From contig OY969472.1 of the NCBI GenBank assembly GCA_963700155.1, positions 66,058 through 130,057 of the forward strand: 64,000 bases of DNA, in the 5' to 3' direction. A program made the position numbers and the translations under genes. The DNA comes from an uncultured bacterium (GTDB lineage Bacteria > Patescibacteriota > Dojkabacteria > J137). This document shows positions 28,301-38,495 of the stretch, in pieces. Within the stretch, counting starts at the first letter, position 1. The number at the start of each line of letters is the position of its first letter. Below the pieces are notes generated by a model that did not search any database, was not told the origin of the DNA, and was given only the letters and a program-made list of their open reading frames with translations.

Positions 28301-28964
28301 CGAATTCTCTTAGCTTTAAATTCGCGAATTTCTGTTGTCTTGCATCATCAATAGATTCTTCACCTGAGTCATCATTTAAGTTTGAGCTAATTCTCGACTT
28401 TTCACCACTAGTTAAATCATCACTTCCATTAAAGCCATGACGCTGCAATTCTAAATAAAAGTTATCTTTAAAAGTATTACTAAAGAATTGCAGCCATTCT
28501 TCTGCTTTATCAAATTCTTTTCTTAAAATATGCCTTGATAATGGGCCAGCCATACATGCTGAAGTACAAATGATGCCTTCAGAATATTTTTGTAAAATTT
28601 CTCTATCAACTCTAGGTCTATAATACATCCCCTCTAACTGTCCAATACTTACAATTTTTAATAAATTTTGATAACCAGTAAAATTCTTAGCAAGAAGTAA
28701 TAAATGATAATATTTTATACCACCGACTGTCTCTCTAAGAGTTCTCTCTTTTGGTGCAAGATAAATTTCGCAACCGATTATCGGTTTTATATGAAAATCT
28801 TTGGAATATTTCCAGAATTCAGCCATTCCATACATAACGCCATGGTCAGTTAAAGCTACAGAATCCATTCCAAGTTTTTGGACTTTATCTAAAAGTTTTG
28901 GGATTCGATTAACACCATCCAATAATGAATATTCTGAGTGTACGTGTAAATGTGTGAACGACAT
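25379..28964 (-). CDS. dnaE: DNA polymerase III alpha subunit, split by a single-base frameshift near 27981-27986
   Basis: PHP domain HLHVHSEYSLLDG in 27948-28964; FERFLNPER, PDIDMD, KFDFLGL, FNKAHA in 25379-28048; frames join at an A6 run. Confidence 0.95.
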
Positions 28965-29102
28965 AATAAAGGAATTTTTTGTTAGAAATTTATCTTCATT
29001 ATTACATGAGAACTTAAAATTTTCTAGACAAAATTTTTCTAAGTTGCAGGGCTCCTCCGATCTCCTGCAACAACTAAAAAGATTCTTGCAGCGGATGAGC
29101 CC

Positions 29103-29213
29103 TTACGGGGACCAGCGGAGAATCTGCGGATTATTTGCTATAGCAACACCTATCAGAATTCCTAATAGAACAACAGCTAATAAAGCTGTTGCCATAGCTT
29201 TATAACTTTTCAT
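29103..29213 (-). CDS. small hydrophobic peptide (36 aa), not in the ORF track
   Basis: MKSYKAMATALLAVVLLGILIGVAIANNPQILRWSP* with GGAGGAG SD and a long 3' hairpin. Confidence 0.65.
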   Translation of the reverse strand: MKSYKAMATALLAVVLLGILIGVAIANNPQILRWSP

Positions 29214-29461
29214 TGTGACTCCTCCTTCCCGTTTGGGAAATTATAGCACTAATGAATACTAGTTTTTTGTAATAGATATTTCTGACCATTCAATAGTCTT
29301 GGAATATTTTTTGACCAAACATTATACGAGTTGTTGCTTCTATGAGTGGAAAGAAACTAAAGGTAAATAAGGAAACAATATTTAATAGTGGTTATGTAGC
29401 ATAATTATATTACAACCTAAAATCTTAACTGATATAATAAATCGGAATTTAATATCTATCT

Positions 29462-30979
29462 ATGAATCAAAGAATAAAAACTTTATTTAAGAAGAAAAAT
29501 ATATTTTTATATTTAATCATTTGTTTATTACTACTCTATTTGGTATTTCAATTAAATATCTTTAGAAATTTCACTTGGCAGAATTATATCTATATTCATC
29601 AAGATTTCTGGAGAAGGATGATAGATGCACAGTATTACTTAGGATTAAGAGCTGATCCACAATTTCATCCACCAATTCCTTCTTTGATCTTCTCATTATT
29701 TATTTTACTTAAAAATAATCAGCTGTTTATAATAAATTTTATTTCAAATACTTTATTTGCATTTTTAATATTTATCATTTGCAGAAAATTTACTAAGAAT
29801 TCTATTGCAGCTTTTGTAACATCTATTTTTTACCTAACGAATTATTCTATAATAAATCAGGCAAATTATCTTGGTCTTTATGATCTTCTAGCCAGTTTTG
29901 TAATAACTTTAGGTGTCTTTTTGTTTATTATCAAATCTAGGTCATTAAAGTGGAATTTTATTGTTGGAATTATTTTAGGTTTTGCTGGGCTGATTCAATA
30001 CTCTGGTATTTTCTCAATACCATTAATAATTCTATTAATAATTTTTGATAAGAATCTATCAAAACAAAATAAAATTAGAAATTGTTTAACTTTAATACTT
30101 TCATCAGGAATAATTTTTTCAACTTTTTTTATTTATAGATTTCTATTTTTCGGCAATCCTTTATATTCCCAAGTTGAACATTTTGGTTTTATTGGTTTTA
30201 AACTTTCGAGTCTAGTTTATTATATATTTGCAATTCCTGCATTTTTTAAAATTCCTGTAGTTTTGGTCTCTTTAGGAGGTTTATATAAAATAATAAGAAG
30301 CAAATCTCACTTTAAATTTATTCTTTTAATTTTGCCTTCTGTAATCTTTTTTCTATTTTTATATACTTGGATTGATTGGAGGTTTATGGTTTATTTTATT
30401 CCCATTATTTACTTACTATTCTGTGAAGGATTAATATTTCTTAAACCTTTAATACTAAAAAATAAGATTATTTTTACTAGCTCTATTATTTTTGGAATAA
30501 TTGCAATTGCTTATAACAACCTTTATTCAATTGGGAACTTTGGAATTATTACTGGATTAAATTCTATAATCTCTGAAGACATTAATTATAATAATGGGAA
30601 TCAGTCTTATAGATTTAATAACATTACTCTTGAATCTAATTTTATACCTTACTTTTTAACAGACATCACAAAGATAAATGGTAATGATTCTGAATTAAAT
30701 TATTTCAATAACATTGTAAACTACCAGAATGTGCTCGATATTAAAAATATAATAAAAGAAAGTAGTTTTGAATTAGAACTAAATGATGAAATATTTGTAA
30801 GAGATCATCAATTTAAGGTTGCTTTTGGAAGAGAAGTCCTTTTAAATCCTTCAGTTGAACAAGTTGAAATGTCTGATTTTATCATTAGTGATCATATCCT
30901 ATCTGATAAAAGAACAAAAGAATATACTTTATTAAAACAATTTAACACACTTTATCTTTATACTTTGGTAAAGAATTAA
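29462..30979 (+). CDS. GT-C fold (ArnT/PMT-like) membrane glycosyltransferase
   Basis: many TM helices, HPP motif after the first loop, DWRF late motif. Confidence 0.7.
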   Translation: MNQRIKTLFKKKNIFLYLIICLLLLYLVFQLNIFRNFTWQNYIYIHQDFWRRMIDAQYYLGLRADPQFHPPIPSLIFSLFILLKNNQLFIINFISNTLFAFLIFIICRKFTKNSIAAFVTSIFYLTNYSIINQANYLGLYDLLASFVITLGVFLFIIKSRSLKWNFIVGIILGFAGLIQYSGIFSIPLIILLIIFDKNLSKQNKIRNCLTLILSSGIIFSTFFIYRFLFFGNPLYSQVEHFGFIGFKLSSLVYYIFAIPAFFKIPVVLVSLGGLYKIIRSKSHFKFILLILPSVIFFLFLYTWIDWRFMVYFIPIIYLLFCEGLIFLKPLILKNKIIFTSSIIFGIIAIAYNNLYSIGNFGIITGLNSIISEDINYNNGNQSYRFNNITLESNFIPYFLTDITKINGNDSELNYFNNIVNYQNVLDIKNIIKESSFELELNDEIFVRDHQFKVAFGREVLLNPSVEQVEMSDFIISDHILSDKRTKEYTLLKQFNTLYLYTLVKN

Positions 30980-32541
30980 TGATTAGCAATAGACTTCTCA
31001 GACCATTTAATAGTTTTTGTATGTTTTTGACCTAACATCATTCTTGTTGTAGCTTCTATAAAAGGAAAAAAACTAAAAGTGAACAGTGAGACAATATTTA
31101 AAGGAATTTCTGCTAACATAATAAATAAAAACTTTAATCCTGACATATTTTTTGGTTTTTCAGGTATGACCAAGAATTTATAAAAAGTTGTAGGTAATAA
31201 TAATAAAACAGTAATACTCATAATTGCGGAAATTGTAGTTGGGACAGTATAAGCAAGTACATAATTATTTAGTTGATAGTTGATTAAAAAAACTATTGGT
31301 AAACCAAAAGCCATTAAAAACGCAAACACTTTCCAAAAAACAAAAACTTGGAATAAATGAAATACTTTACTTATCCTTTCGAAAATATTTACATGTAGTT
31401 TTGGACTTAATAATATTTTTAATGCAATTGGAACGCTTATTACTCCCCATCCCCATCTTAAATACTGACTGTATTGTGCTTTATGATTTTTCATATATCC
31501 TTGTTCATAAATTGCATCTGCACTAAGAGGTACAAAAAATACTTCACACTTCCAATCACCATGTAGATAAAAATAAGGTCTCCAATAAAAAGTTGTATCA
31601 TCAATACCTAATGATGTATCCCAATAATTAACATCTTTCATTAGTTTTAAATTCAAAGTGTAACATGACCAAGTTTCTCTTTTGTCTTTCTCTAAAACTG
31701 AAGAAGCCAGAACTGGAAGAGTTAAACTGATTGCAATGATTCGAATCAAAGCCGGTACATCCCAATAATTATTATTAAAAGTATATATTGCTGTTTGGTA
31801 GAATTTATTATTTCTTTTTACTGAAATCAGCCATTGATATGCCGAAGCTGCAAGATATTCTTTGTGGAATACTAAATCTCCATCAGGAGCTGTAATAAGA
31901 AATTTGCTAATATCTTCTCCTCTTTTCTCAAGTTCAGCAACAGCATTTCTTGTTCCCCAGGTTCTATTTGCAGCAGCACCTATTGCTTCTCCAGGAATAT
32001 CATCTGGATGTGTAAATACCATTAATCTATCTCCAAAAAAATCACCGAAATCTTCTCGAAGCTGCTTTTCTCTTTGTGCATATATTGGATCCTTTTTGGC
32101 TTTCCTTGCCTCAATAGAAACTGAAAGATAAATTAGTTCTTTTGGATAATTTTGATTAACTAATGCCTGAATGCTTCGTTTTAGTACAGGATATTCTTCA
32201 CCATAATGAGCTATGACTATTAGATATTTAGGAAGAACTCCTTCCGTAGGAAGGAGTTCTTCCTGTGGAAGCTGTTCTCTCTTAAGTTCTAAACAATTTT
32301 TCTTCCAATCTATATTTATATCTTTCTTATACCTTGCAAATCCTATTACAACTCCAATTGCAGTAAATATTGCCCTGTAAAGCCAATATACAGAAAGAAC
32401 AACCAATATATTAATAATTAAATATGAAATTGTATTTCCGGCAAGTCCTGCAATTATTGGAGAAAGTAATAATAACCAAAGTAAAACTCCGGGTATAATT
32501 TCTAAAAACCTTTCAAATCTATCGTTGGAATCTTCTTTCAT
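30976..32541 (-). CDS. membrane-bound GT2 glycosyltransferase
   Basis: DGD, IDD and QYLRWGWG (QxxRW) motifs, flanking TM helices. Confidence 0.8.
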   Translation of the reverse strand: MKEDSNDRFERFLEIIPGVLLWLLLLSPIIAGLAGNTISYLIINILVVLSVYWLYRAIFTAIGVVIGFARYKKDINIDWKKNCLELKREQLPQEELLPTEGVLPKYLIVIAHYGEEYPVLKRSIQALVNQNYPKELIYLSVSIEARKAKKDPIYAQREKQLREDFGDFFGDRLMVFTHPDDIPGEAIGAAANRTWGTRNAVAELEKRGEDISKFLITAPDGDLVFHKEYLAASAYQWLISVKRNNKFYQTAIYTFNNNYWDVPALIRIIAISLTLPVLASSVLEKDKRETWSCYTLNLKLMKDVNYWDTSLGIDDTTFYWRPYFYLHGDWKCEVFFVPLSADAIYEQGYMKNHKAQYSQYLRWGWGVISVPIALKILLSPKLHVNIFERISKVFHLFQVFVFWKVFAFLMAFGLPIVFLINYQLNNYVLAYTVPTTISAIMSITVLLLLPTTFYKFLVIPEKPKNMSGLKFLFIMLAEIPLNIVSLFTFSFFPFIEATTRMMLGQKHTKTIKWSEKSIANH

Positions 32542-32612
32542 AACTTACAGTAGTTAATTCTAATGCATAAATTGTGTTAAGATATTTTGATTAATTTAAA
32601 ATTTTTGGGCAA

Positions 32613-32990
32613 ATGAATAACCAAAATAGCATAACTGATAATACACCGAAAAATTCATCTGTACAAACTTCAGAAAGGACAACAGTTGATGATATTAGAA
32701 AAAAAATTAAGGTAGAAGAAATTGAAGCAGGAATTTTTAGAGCAACAACTGATTCAAGTAACTATATTATTGAATATGATATGAATAAATGTATTGGTGC
32801 TGCATCATGCGCGGTTCTTGCTCCTTTGACATTTTTTATGAATGAAGAGAACCGCGCAGAAATCAAAGATGATGGTACTTGGGATAATGATGAATTAATT
32901 CTAAGTGCCGCAGAATCATGTCCAGTTCTTGCAATAAAAATTATTGATAAACGAACTGAAGATATAATTTTTCCAGTAGATGATATTTAA
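32613..32990 (+). CDS. ferredoxin (3Fe-4S type)
   Basis: CIGAASC...AAESCPVLAI. Confidence 0.85.
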   Translation: MNNQNSITDNTPKNSSVQTSERTTVDDIRKKIKVEEIEAGIFRATTDSSNYIIEYDMNKCIGAASCAVLAPLTFFMNEENRAEIKDDGTWDNDELILSAAESCPVLAIKIIDKRTEDIIFPVDDI

Positions 32991-34228
32991 CAGTCTTTTC
33001 TTATCGGAAAACTTAGTTTGAAATTTGATCCTTTTTTACTATTATCAAGTAATATTTCACCATTAAGTGATTTTACTGCCTTTTCTGCTATGGAAAGTCC
33101 TAGTCCTGAACCGAATGGGTTTACTTTCTGTGCATTTTGACCTCTATAAAATTTTTGGAAGATGTGAGGCTGCTCATTTTCAGGAATTCCGATACCTGCA
33201 TCTGAAACTATGATAATAATATTAGAATCATCTTTTTTTAAATCAATATTAATATTCCCATTATTAGAATATTCTGCTGCATTGGATATTATTGGCATTA
33301 AAGCATAATAAATTAGATCATTTGTTCCGCAAATAATAATATCTTCATCAATATTTGAACTAAATTTTATTTTAAATTTATTCGCTAGCTCTCCCTTGCT
33401 GACAAGCTCTTTAATATATTTTACTATTCTTATCTTATTATTATTTTCATCAACATTTAAGCTATCAATTTTATTTATTGTGAGAATGTTATTTATCATT
33501 GAACTTAAAACTCTTGTTGATCTTAAGATTTCATTAAAGAATTTCTCTCTATCTTTGGTAGAAACTTTAGATTTAATCATTTCATCTACAATTTTATCGA
33601 TATGATTTAAAGAAGATTGTATTGTCTTAAAAGATAAATCTCTAAATTCATTTTTTTTATTTTCTTCATTCCTCTGGTTAGTAATATCTCTTTCAATCCC
33701 TACATAAAATTGAATATTACCTTCCGTATTAAGTATTGGAGCGATACTCACTGCTGCAGTATAAAGTTGACCATTTTTTCTTTTATTTATAACTTCGCTA
33801 ACAAAAGGAATCTTCTTTATACTTATAGTATCCCAAAGTTTTTCATAATAAGGTTTATTCATTCTACCTCCCCATAGATCTTTACTCCCAGCTTTCTTAC
33901 CAATCATCTCATTTAGATCAAAGCCTGTTATTTTTGAAGCTGCTCTATTAGCATAAAGTATTTTCCCCTGAGGATCAGTTACAATTATATGGTCTGAAGC
34001 ATTATCAAAAGCAAGTTTAAGAGCTCCCAACTTATTCTTTATTAACAGCTTTTCCCATGGATCATTAGCTGTAACAAATTCATCATCACCTAATGCTGCA
34101 ATTTTTACCAAATGATCAATTTGTCCACATCTACTGCATTTGGTTTCTATCATCCCATTTTCAAAAGTACCTTTATAAAGAAGCTTGTTACATTTGGAGC
34201 ACCGGTGTTCAAAAGATTTTTCGTCCAT
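32987..34228 (-). CDS. zinc-ribbon/PAS/HATPase sensor kinase-like protein
   Basis: CSKCNKLL...KCSRC, PAS/PAC, N box NAAEY, DAGIGI, GSGLGL. Confidence 0.8.
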   Translation of the reverse strand: MDEKSFEHRCSKCNKLLYKGTFENGMIETKCSRCGQIDHLVKIAALGDDEFVTANDPWEKLLIKNKLGALKLAFDNASDHIIVTDPQGKILYANRAASKITGFDLNEMIGKKAGSKDLWGGRMNKPYYEKLWDTISIKKIPFVSEVINKRKNGQLYTAAVSIAPILNTEGNIQFYVGIERDITNQRNEENKKNEFRDLSFKTIQSSLNHIDKIVDEMIKSKVSTKDREKFFNEILRSTRVLSSMINNILTINKIDSLNVDENNNKIRIVKYIKELVSKGELANKFKIKFSSNIDEDIIICGTNDLIYYALMPIISNAAEYSNNGNINIDLKKDDSNIIIIVSDAGIGIPENEQPHIFQKFYRGQNAQKVNPFGSGLGLSIAEKAVKSLNGEILLDNSKKGSNFKLSFPIRKDC

Positions 34229-34353
34229 AATTAGGCTCAAAGCAGTAAAATTTATATTAGGACTTCTAATGAGCCTCTTTCTTAAAATAATATTTCTTAA
34301 ATTGATACTATTAAATAGTATTATTTTTAGACTTTAAATACAAACATTTTAGG

Positions 34354-35415
34354 TTATATTATGTAAACCTTCTGAGCTTTTTTCATAGCTTCATTATATT
34401 TGGATATAGCTTCCAATAAAGAAACATTATTAATAATTCCACCACCTGCTTTTTTATGTCCTTTTAGATCAAAACCATAAGGGGATAATACTTCTGTAAG
34501 ATCAATATTGGCATTATAATTTTTCACACGATATATAAGTTTCACACTTTTAAGATCATTATTTACAGTCAAAATTAAACTGTATGGATAATCTTCAACC
34601 ATTCTCATAACTTGATTAACATAATACCTTGATAAATTCTTAGACTCCCACTCTTCACCAAACGTATTATTTAAATAACTTTTTTTATCCATATCAATCT
34701 CCAAAATAGAAGTCATTGATTCTTTGTAATATTTTGTATTTTCTATTGCCCATGCTGTGAAATCCATCATTTCCTTAGGGATTGAGAGATCAACTGCTTT
34801 ATAATGATCTGCTCCTAAATCAATTAGTTGCTGTGCAAAAGAGAAAGTATCTTTAAAAATTGCATGACTAAATACTCCTGTATCCCCTATCAAAGCCATA
34901 TAAATATATTGAATTACTTCTTGTGGGATATTTATATCTTCATCTTTTAGGAAATAATCATAAAAAACTTTTGCAGTACATGAATCTAACTTTCTTACAG
35001 TAGAATCGGCAATTTCTTCTTCTATTTTTCCAGAAAGGTGATGATCAATACTAACAAATTTATCTAAAGAAGTTAAAGCCATCACCTTCTTGTAATCATT
35101 AGTAAGAAATTGCCGAAATTCATTACCATCGGGGAGTATTATTAAGTCATAATAATTAAAATCAACTTCATTAACATATCTCTGTTCTACAAAATCGATA
35201 TTAGGAAAATGTTTAATATGATCTGGAATGGTTGTAAAAGTATAAGTTGAAACTTCTTTTTTCAAGATATTTTCTAAATACCACCTTATTATCAGAGTTG
35301 TGCCTAAACAATCATAATCTATTGGTCTAGAAGCAATAATTAAAATTGTATTAGCATTACTAATTTTCTTCTTAATATTATTAACCATTGTGAGTAACAA
35401 GTCTGATTCATCCAT
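34354..35415 (-). CDS. DHH family phosphoesterase (NrnA-like)
   Basis: DYDCLG, IDHH, GDTG, GHKKAGG motifs. Confidence 0.85.
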   Translation of the reverse strand: MDESDLLLTMVNNIKKKISNANTILIIASRPIDYDCLGTTLIIRWYLENILKKEVSTYTFTTIPDHIKHFPNIDFVEQRYVNEVDFNYYDLIILPDGNEFRQFLTNDYKKVMALTSLDKFVSIDHHLSGKIEEEIADSTVRKLDSCTAKVFYDYFLKDEDINIPQEVIQYIYMALIGDTGVFSHAIFKDTFSFAQQLIDLGADHYKAVDLSIPKEMMDFTAWAIENTKYYKESMTSILEIDMDKKSYLNNTFGEEWESKNLSRYYVNQVMRMVEDYPYSLILTVNNDLKSVKLIYRVKNYNANIDLTEVLSPYGFDLKGHKKAGGGIINNVSLLEAISKYNEAMKKAQKVYII

Positions 35416-35448
35416 ATACGGTAATTATAAATGAAGAAATAAGTCTGA

Positions 35449-36018
35449 TTATTGTGCAGTAACATCGATCTCAATTAATTTTTCATATTTTATGCTGTCA
35501 AGGAAGACATCTACCACAACCCTATAATGACCAGGATCTAACTTAACAGTAACTCCTCCAGGCTTATTTTGACTTAAATTTAGTTCAACTTCAGTATCAA
35601 CACTATTACTTGCAAAAGTCCAATAAATATCAAACTGATTTTCAGGATTTCCTCCCCAATCACTACCATTAATCTTAGGAACAGCATTAAATAAATAATC
35701 TCCACCACCTTTATTTTGATAGTTAATATCTGCTGTCAACTCTCTATTTGCACTTACATCTGAGACTCCAGTGGAATTTCTGTTTGCATAAAATATAACT
35801 CCATAACTACCTACTAATAATCCAATTGCTAAAAATACCGCTAACGGTTTACCTAAAAATCCATATCTTGGTTTTTGAAGTTCATTAATTCTTTTATTTT
35901 GAGAGATAATAATAAAACTCATTACAGCAATAATTACTGTGACTATAACGAAAATTCCTACATACGTTGCATATTCTTTATCTATTAATCCCTGTTTTAT
36001 CTGTTCTAATGGATCCAT
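35449..36018 (-). CDS. hypothetical membrane protein
   Basis: two TM helices then a beta-rich domain. Confidence 0.55.
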   Translation of the reverse strand: MDPLEQIKQGLIDKEYATYVGIFVIVTVIIAVMSFIIISQNKRINELQKPRYGFLGKPLAVFLAIGLLVGSYGVIFYANRNSTGVSDVSANRELTADINYQNKGGGDYLFNAVPKINGSDWGGNPENQFDIYWTFASNSVDTEVELNLSQNKPGGVTVKLDPGHYRVVVDVFLDSIKYEKLIEIDVTAQ

Positions 36019-36227
36019 ATTTACTTAATGTATTTTAATTATATAATTGTAAAGTATAATAAAAAGTTTTGGAAGTAAATTTTTAAATTACCTTAAATGC
36101 CAAAACTAAACCAGAAAAACAAATGCAACAAATTAAAAATAAGACTATAAATATTATAATTGCTAACCCAGTCATTATTTTCTGATCCTTTGTTTTTTGC
36201 ATTAACCTTTAGTAATAAACTATACTT

Positions 36228-36301
36228 TGGAGTCGATGAGACTCGAACTCACACTCCCTGCTATGCCATAGCAGTGCTTTAGCCAGTTAAGCTACGACCC
36301 C
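36228..36301 (-). tRNA. tRNA-Ala(GGC)
   Basis: GGGGTCG/CGACTCC acceptor stem with G3-U70, anticodon arm CTGCT-ATGGCAT-AGCAG, TTCGA T-loop; CCA not encoded. Confidence 0.95.
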
Positions 36302-36341
36302 TCACAACTTGATTATATCAAAACAGCATTCAATAAGAAGG

Positions 36342-36992
36342 TCAGCTAATCTTTATATCTTTTACAAAATTTTCAAAAATTTTAACTTGTTCCTGGTTCT
36401 TACTTAAATCTGAATCTAATGATGAAGTATTAATGCAGAATCCTTGCTTAAAACATCCATAAACCTGGTAGTAGATATTTTTATCTGTAACAGGTTGAGA
36501 CTGATCAGAATTTTCATCTCTAGATTCTAAAACTAAAGCTTTATAAACTGCCCCAATATCCTGTCCATTTGAAGTTATTGTTTTTACAACGTCTTTAACC
36601 TCTGGTGCATAAGGCGCTATTAAGAAAGTTGGTGTTGAAATATATAAAGTACTACTCCCATTATTAACAACATAAATTCTACAATCTGTCTGATTTTGTG
36701 TATCACACTTTATCAATGAATTATCGTTATTTTGATATGCAGTTGTAATTTCCCAATTTTTCGGAACATTTATTTTTTTATCTCCTAATTCTAATGTTTT
36801 TGAATTATTTAATTCTAAAACAGTCCCTGTAATTGAGCCAAAGAGCTGTGTGTTTTGTACCTCACTTGTATTATTACTATTCTGAGAATTTCTGTAAATA
36901 ATAAAGAAGATCATTAGTACAATTATTATTATAATGAATACAGTTAACCTGTTATCAAGTTTATTTGTAGGTCTTTTTATTTTGATAGCCAT
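36342..36992 (-). CDS. hypothetical membrane-anchored protein
   Basis: N-terminal TM, extracellular domain with Cys pairs. Confidence 0.55.
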   Translation of the reverse strand: MAIKIKRPTNKLDNRLTVFIIIIIVLMIFFIIYRNSQNSNNTSEVQNTQLFGSITGTVLELNNSKTLELGDKKINVPKNWEITTAYQNNDNSLIKCDTQNQTDCRIYVVNNGSSTLYISTPTFLIAPYAPEVKDVVKTITSNGQDIGAVYKALVLESRDENSDQSQPVTDKNIYYQVYGCFKQGFCINTSSLDSDLSKNQEQVKIFENFVKDIKIS

Positions 36993-37048
36993 TTAGAAAA
37001 ATAATATTATGCTATACTAACTTAATACAGATTAAACCTTATTTCAAG

Positions 37049-37564
37049 ATGGTATCTAAAATTTTCAAAGCTTCTAGAGCTAATTTTGAGGATATTAAAG
37101 GTTTAATGCTTACTGCGTTAAAAGAAGATCCCAAAGGATTTAGTGTTTCTTTTGAAGAATATAATACCAACTCAGATTTTTGGTGGTTTACTTATATTGA
37201 TCCATACCTTTCAGGAGAAAAAGATGTTATGTATTTGATTAGCACAGATGATCAAGTTGTTGGGATGGCTGGAATAATTTTTGAATTTAGAGAAAGAAAA
37301 CGCCATGTTGCAACTTTAGTTTGGGTATATATAAAAAAAGAATTCAGAGGAAAAGGGTTAGGAAAAGAATTAATTAATTTTATTGTTAATGATTTAAAAA
37401 CTCAGGAAAATATTATTAAATTAAGTCTTCTAGTAAATTCTACTCAAAATAATGCATTAAACTTATACAAAAAATTAGGTTTTGAAACTGCTGGAGTTTT
37501 AAAGAAAGATATAAAAATTGGTGATGAGTTTATTGATACATATTCAATGGAGCTTTTTCTTTGA
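37049..37564 (+). CDS. GNAT family N-acetyltransferase
   Basis: VYIKKEFRGKGLG, NALNLYKKLGF. Confidence 0.9.
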   Translation: MVSKIFKASRANFEDIKGLMLTALKEDPKGFSVSFEEYNTNSDFWWFTYIDPYLSGEKDVMYLISTDDQVVGMAGIIFEFRERKRHVATLVWVYIKKEFRGKGLGKELINFIVNDLKTQENIIKLSLLVNSTQNNALNLYKKLGFETAGVLKKDIKIGDEFIDTYSMELFL

Positions 37565-37577
37565 AAATCTAAATATT

Positions 37578-37607
37578 TTGACATAATTACCCTCCATAAA
37601 CTATAAT
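37578..37607 (+). promoter_or_regulatory. sigma70 promoter
   Basis: TTGACA-N18-TATAAT upstream of ORF 37698. Confidence 0.55.
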
Positions 37608-37697
37608 GATATAACACATTAGAAAATGCTTCACATCAACTTCTTAAAGCTTTTGACACTTTCTTGGAGATAAATTTAGTTCTTATCTAAATAAGCT

Positions 37698-38168
37698 ATG
37701 GATAATCTACAAATTCCAGAAAATGAAATGTTAGTTTCAAATACAGTTTTAAAATTATTAAGATTTTTTAGAGATAATTATGATGAAGGAGATTTATTAG
37801 CATTGTGCGAAAAAATTTCTATTGGGTTTGATGATCTTAAAATTAAACAACAGATAAATATGATCCTCGAACTATATAAAACTGATAGATCAAGAATTTA
37901 TCCTGAAATATATAACTTTTTAGATTCAGATGAAATTTTTCCGCTTCTTGAGCAATCAAATATTGAAGCTTTGCAGAGGTTTTTGCATAATATTGCCTCA
38001 AGAAGACTTCCAGTCAATGCAACGTTAGCTCAAATGCAAAATGAAATAAGAGATTTAATTGGTGAAATTCTAAAAAAAACTGAAAGTGATAAAGTCAGTC
38101 TTGAAAATATTCTAAAACTTATTCTTAATAAACAGATAAGAGTTACACCTACTCAATTAGAAAGCTAA
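37698..38168 (+). CDS. hypothetical protein
   Basis: 156 aa helical ORF. Confidence 0.55.
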   Translation: MDNLQIPENEMLVSNTVLKLLRFFRDNYDEGDLLALCEKISIGFDDLKIKQQINMILELYKTDRSRIYPEIYNFLDSDEIFPLLEQSNIEALQRFLHNIASRRLPVNATLAQMQNEIRDLIGEILKKTESDKVSLENILKLILNKQIRVTPTQLES

Positions 38169-38240
38169 ATATTCATTTCTGCTTCACAAATTAAATGATT
38201 TACTTTGATATAATATAGTTATATTTTTTTCAATATATAA

Positions 38241-38495
38241 ATGATTCAAACTGTAGGGGATATTATATTATTTCTCTTCATAACTTTTATAATTGCAATA
38301 ATTCTAGTCCCTATTTTAATTGCTGTATTTTTTTATTTTATTTTAAAAGGTAATACTGGTAAGTTCAATCTGACTGAAACAATTAAAAGCATTTTTACAA
38401 AAATTCAAGGTTTTTTCAAAACAAAAGTAGATCCAAAGAAATATGATAAGAATGGAAATAAAATAGAAGATGCTGAATTTAGAGAATTAAATTAA
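38241..38495 (+). CDS. small membrane protein
   Basis: hydrophobic N-terminus, C-terminal IEDAEFREL. Confidence 0.55.
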   Translation: MIQTVGDIILFLFITFIIAIILVPILIAVFFYFILKGNTGKFNLTETIKSIFTKIQGFFKTKVDPKKYDKNGNKIEDAEFRELN

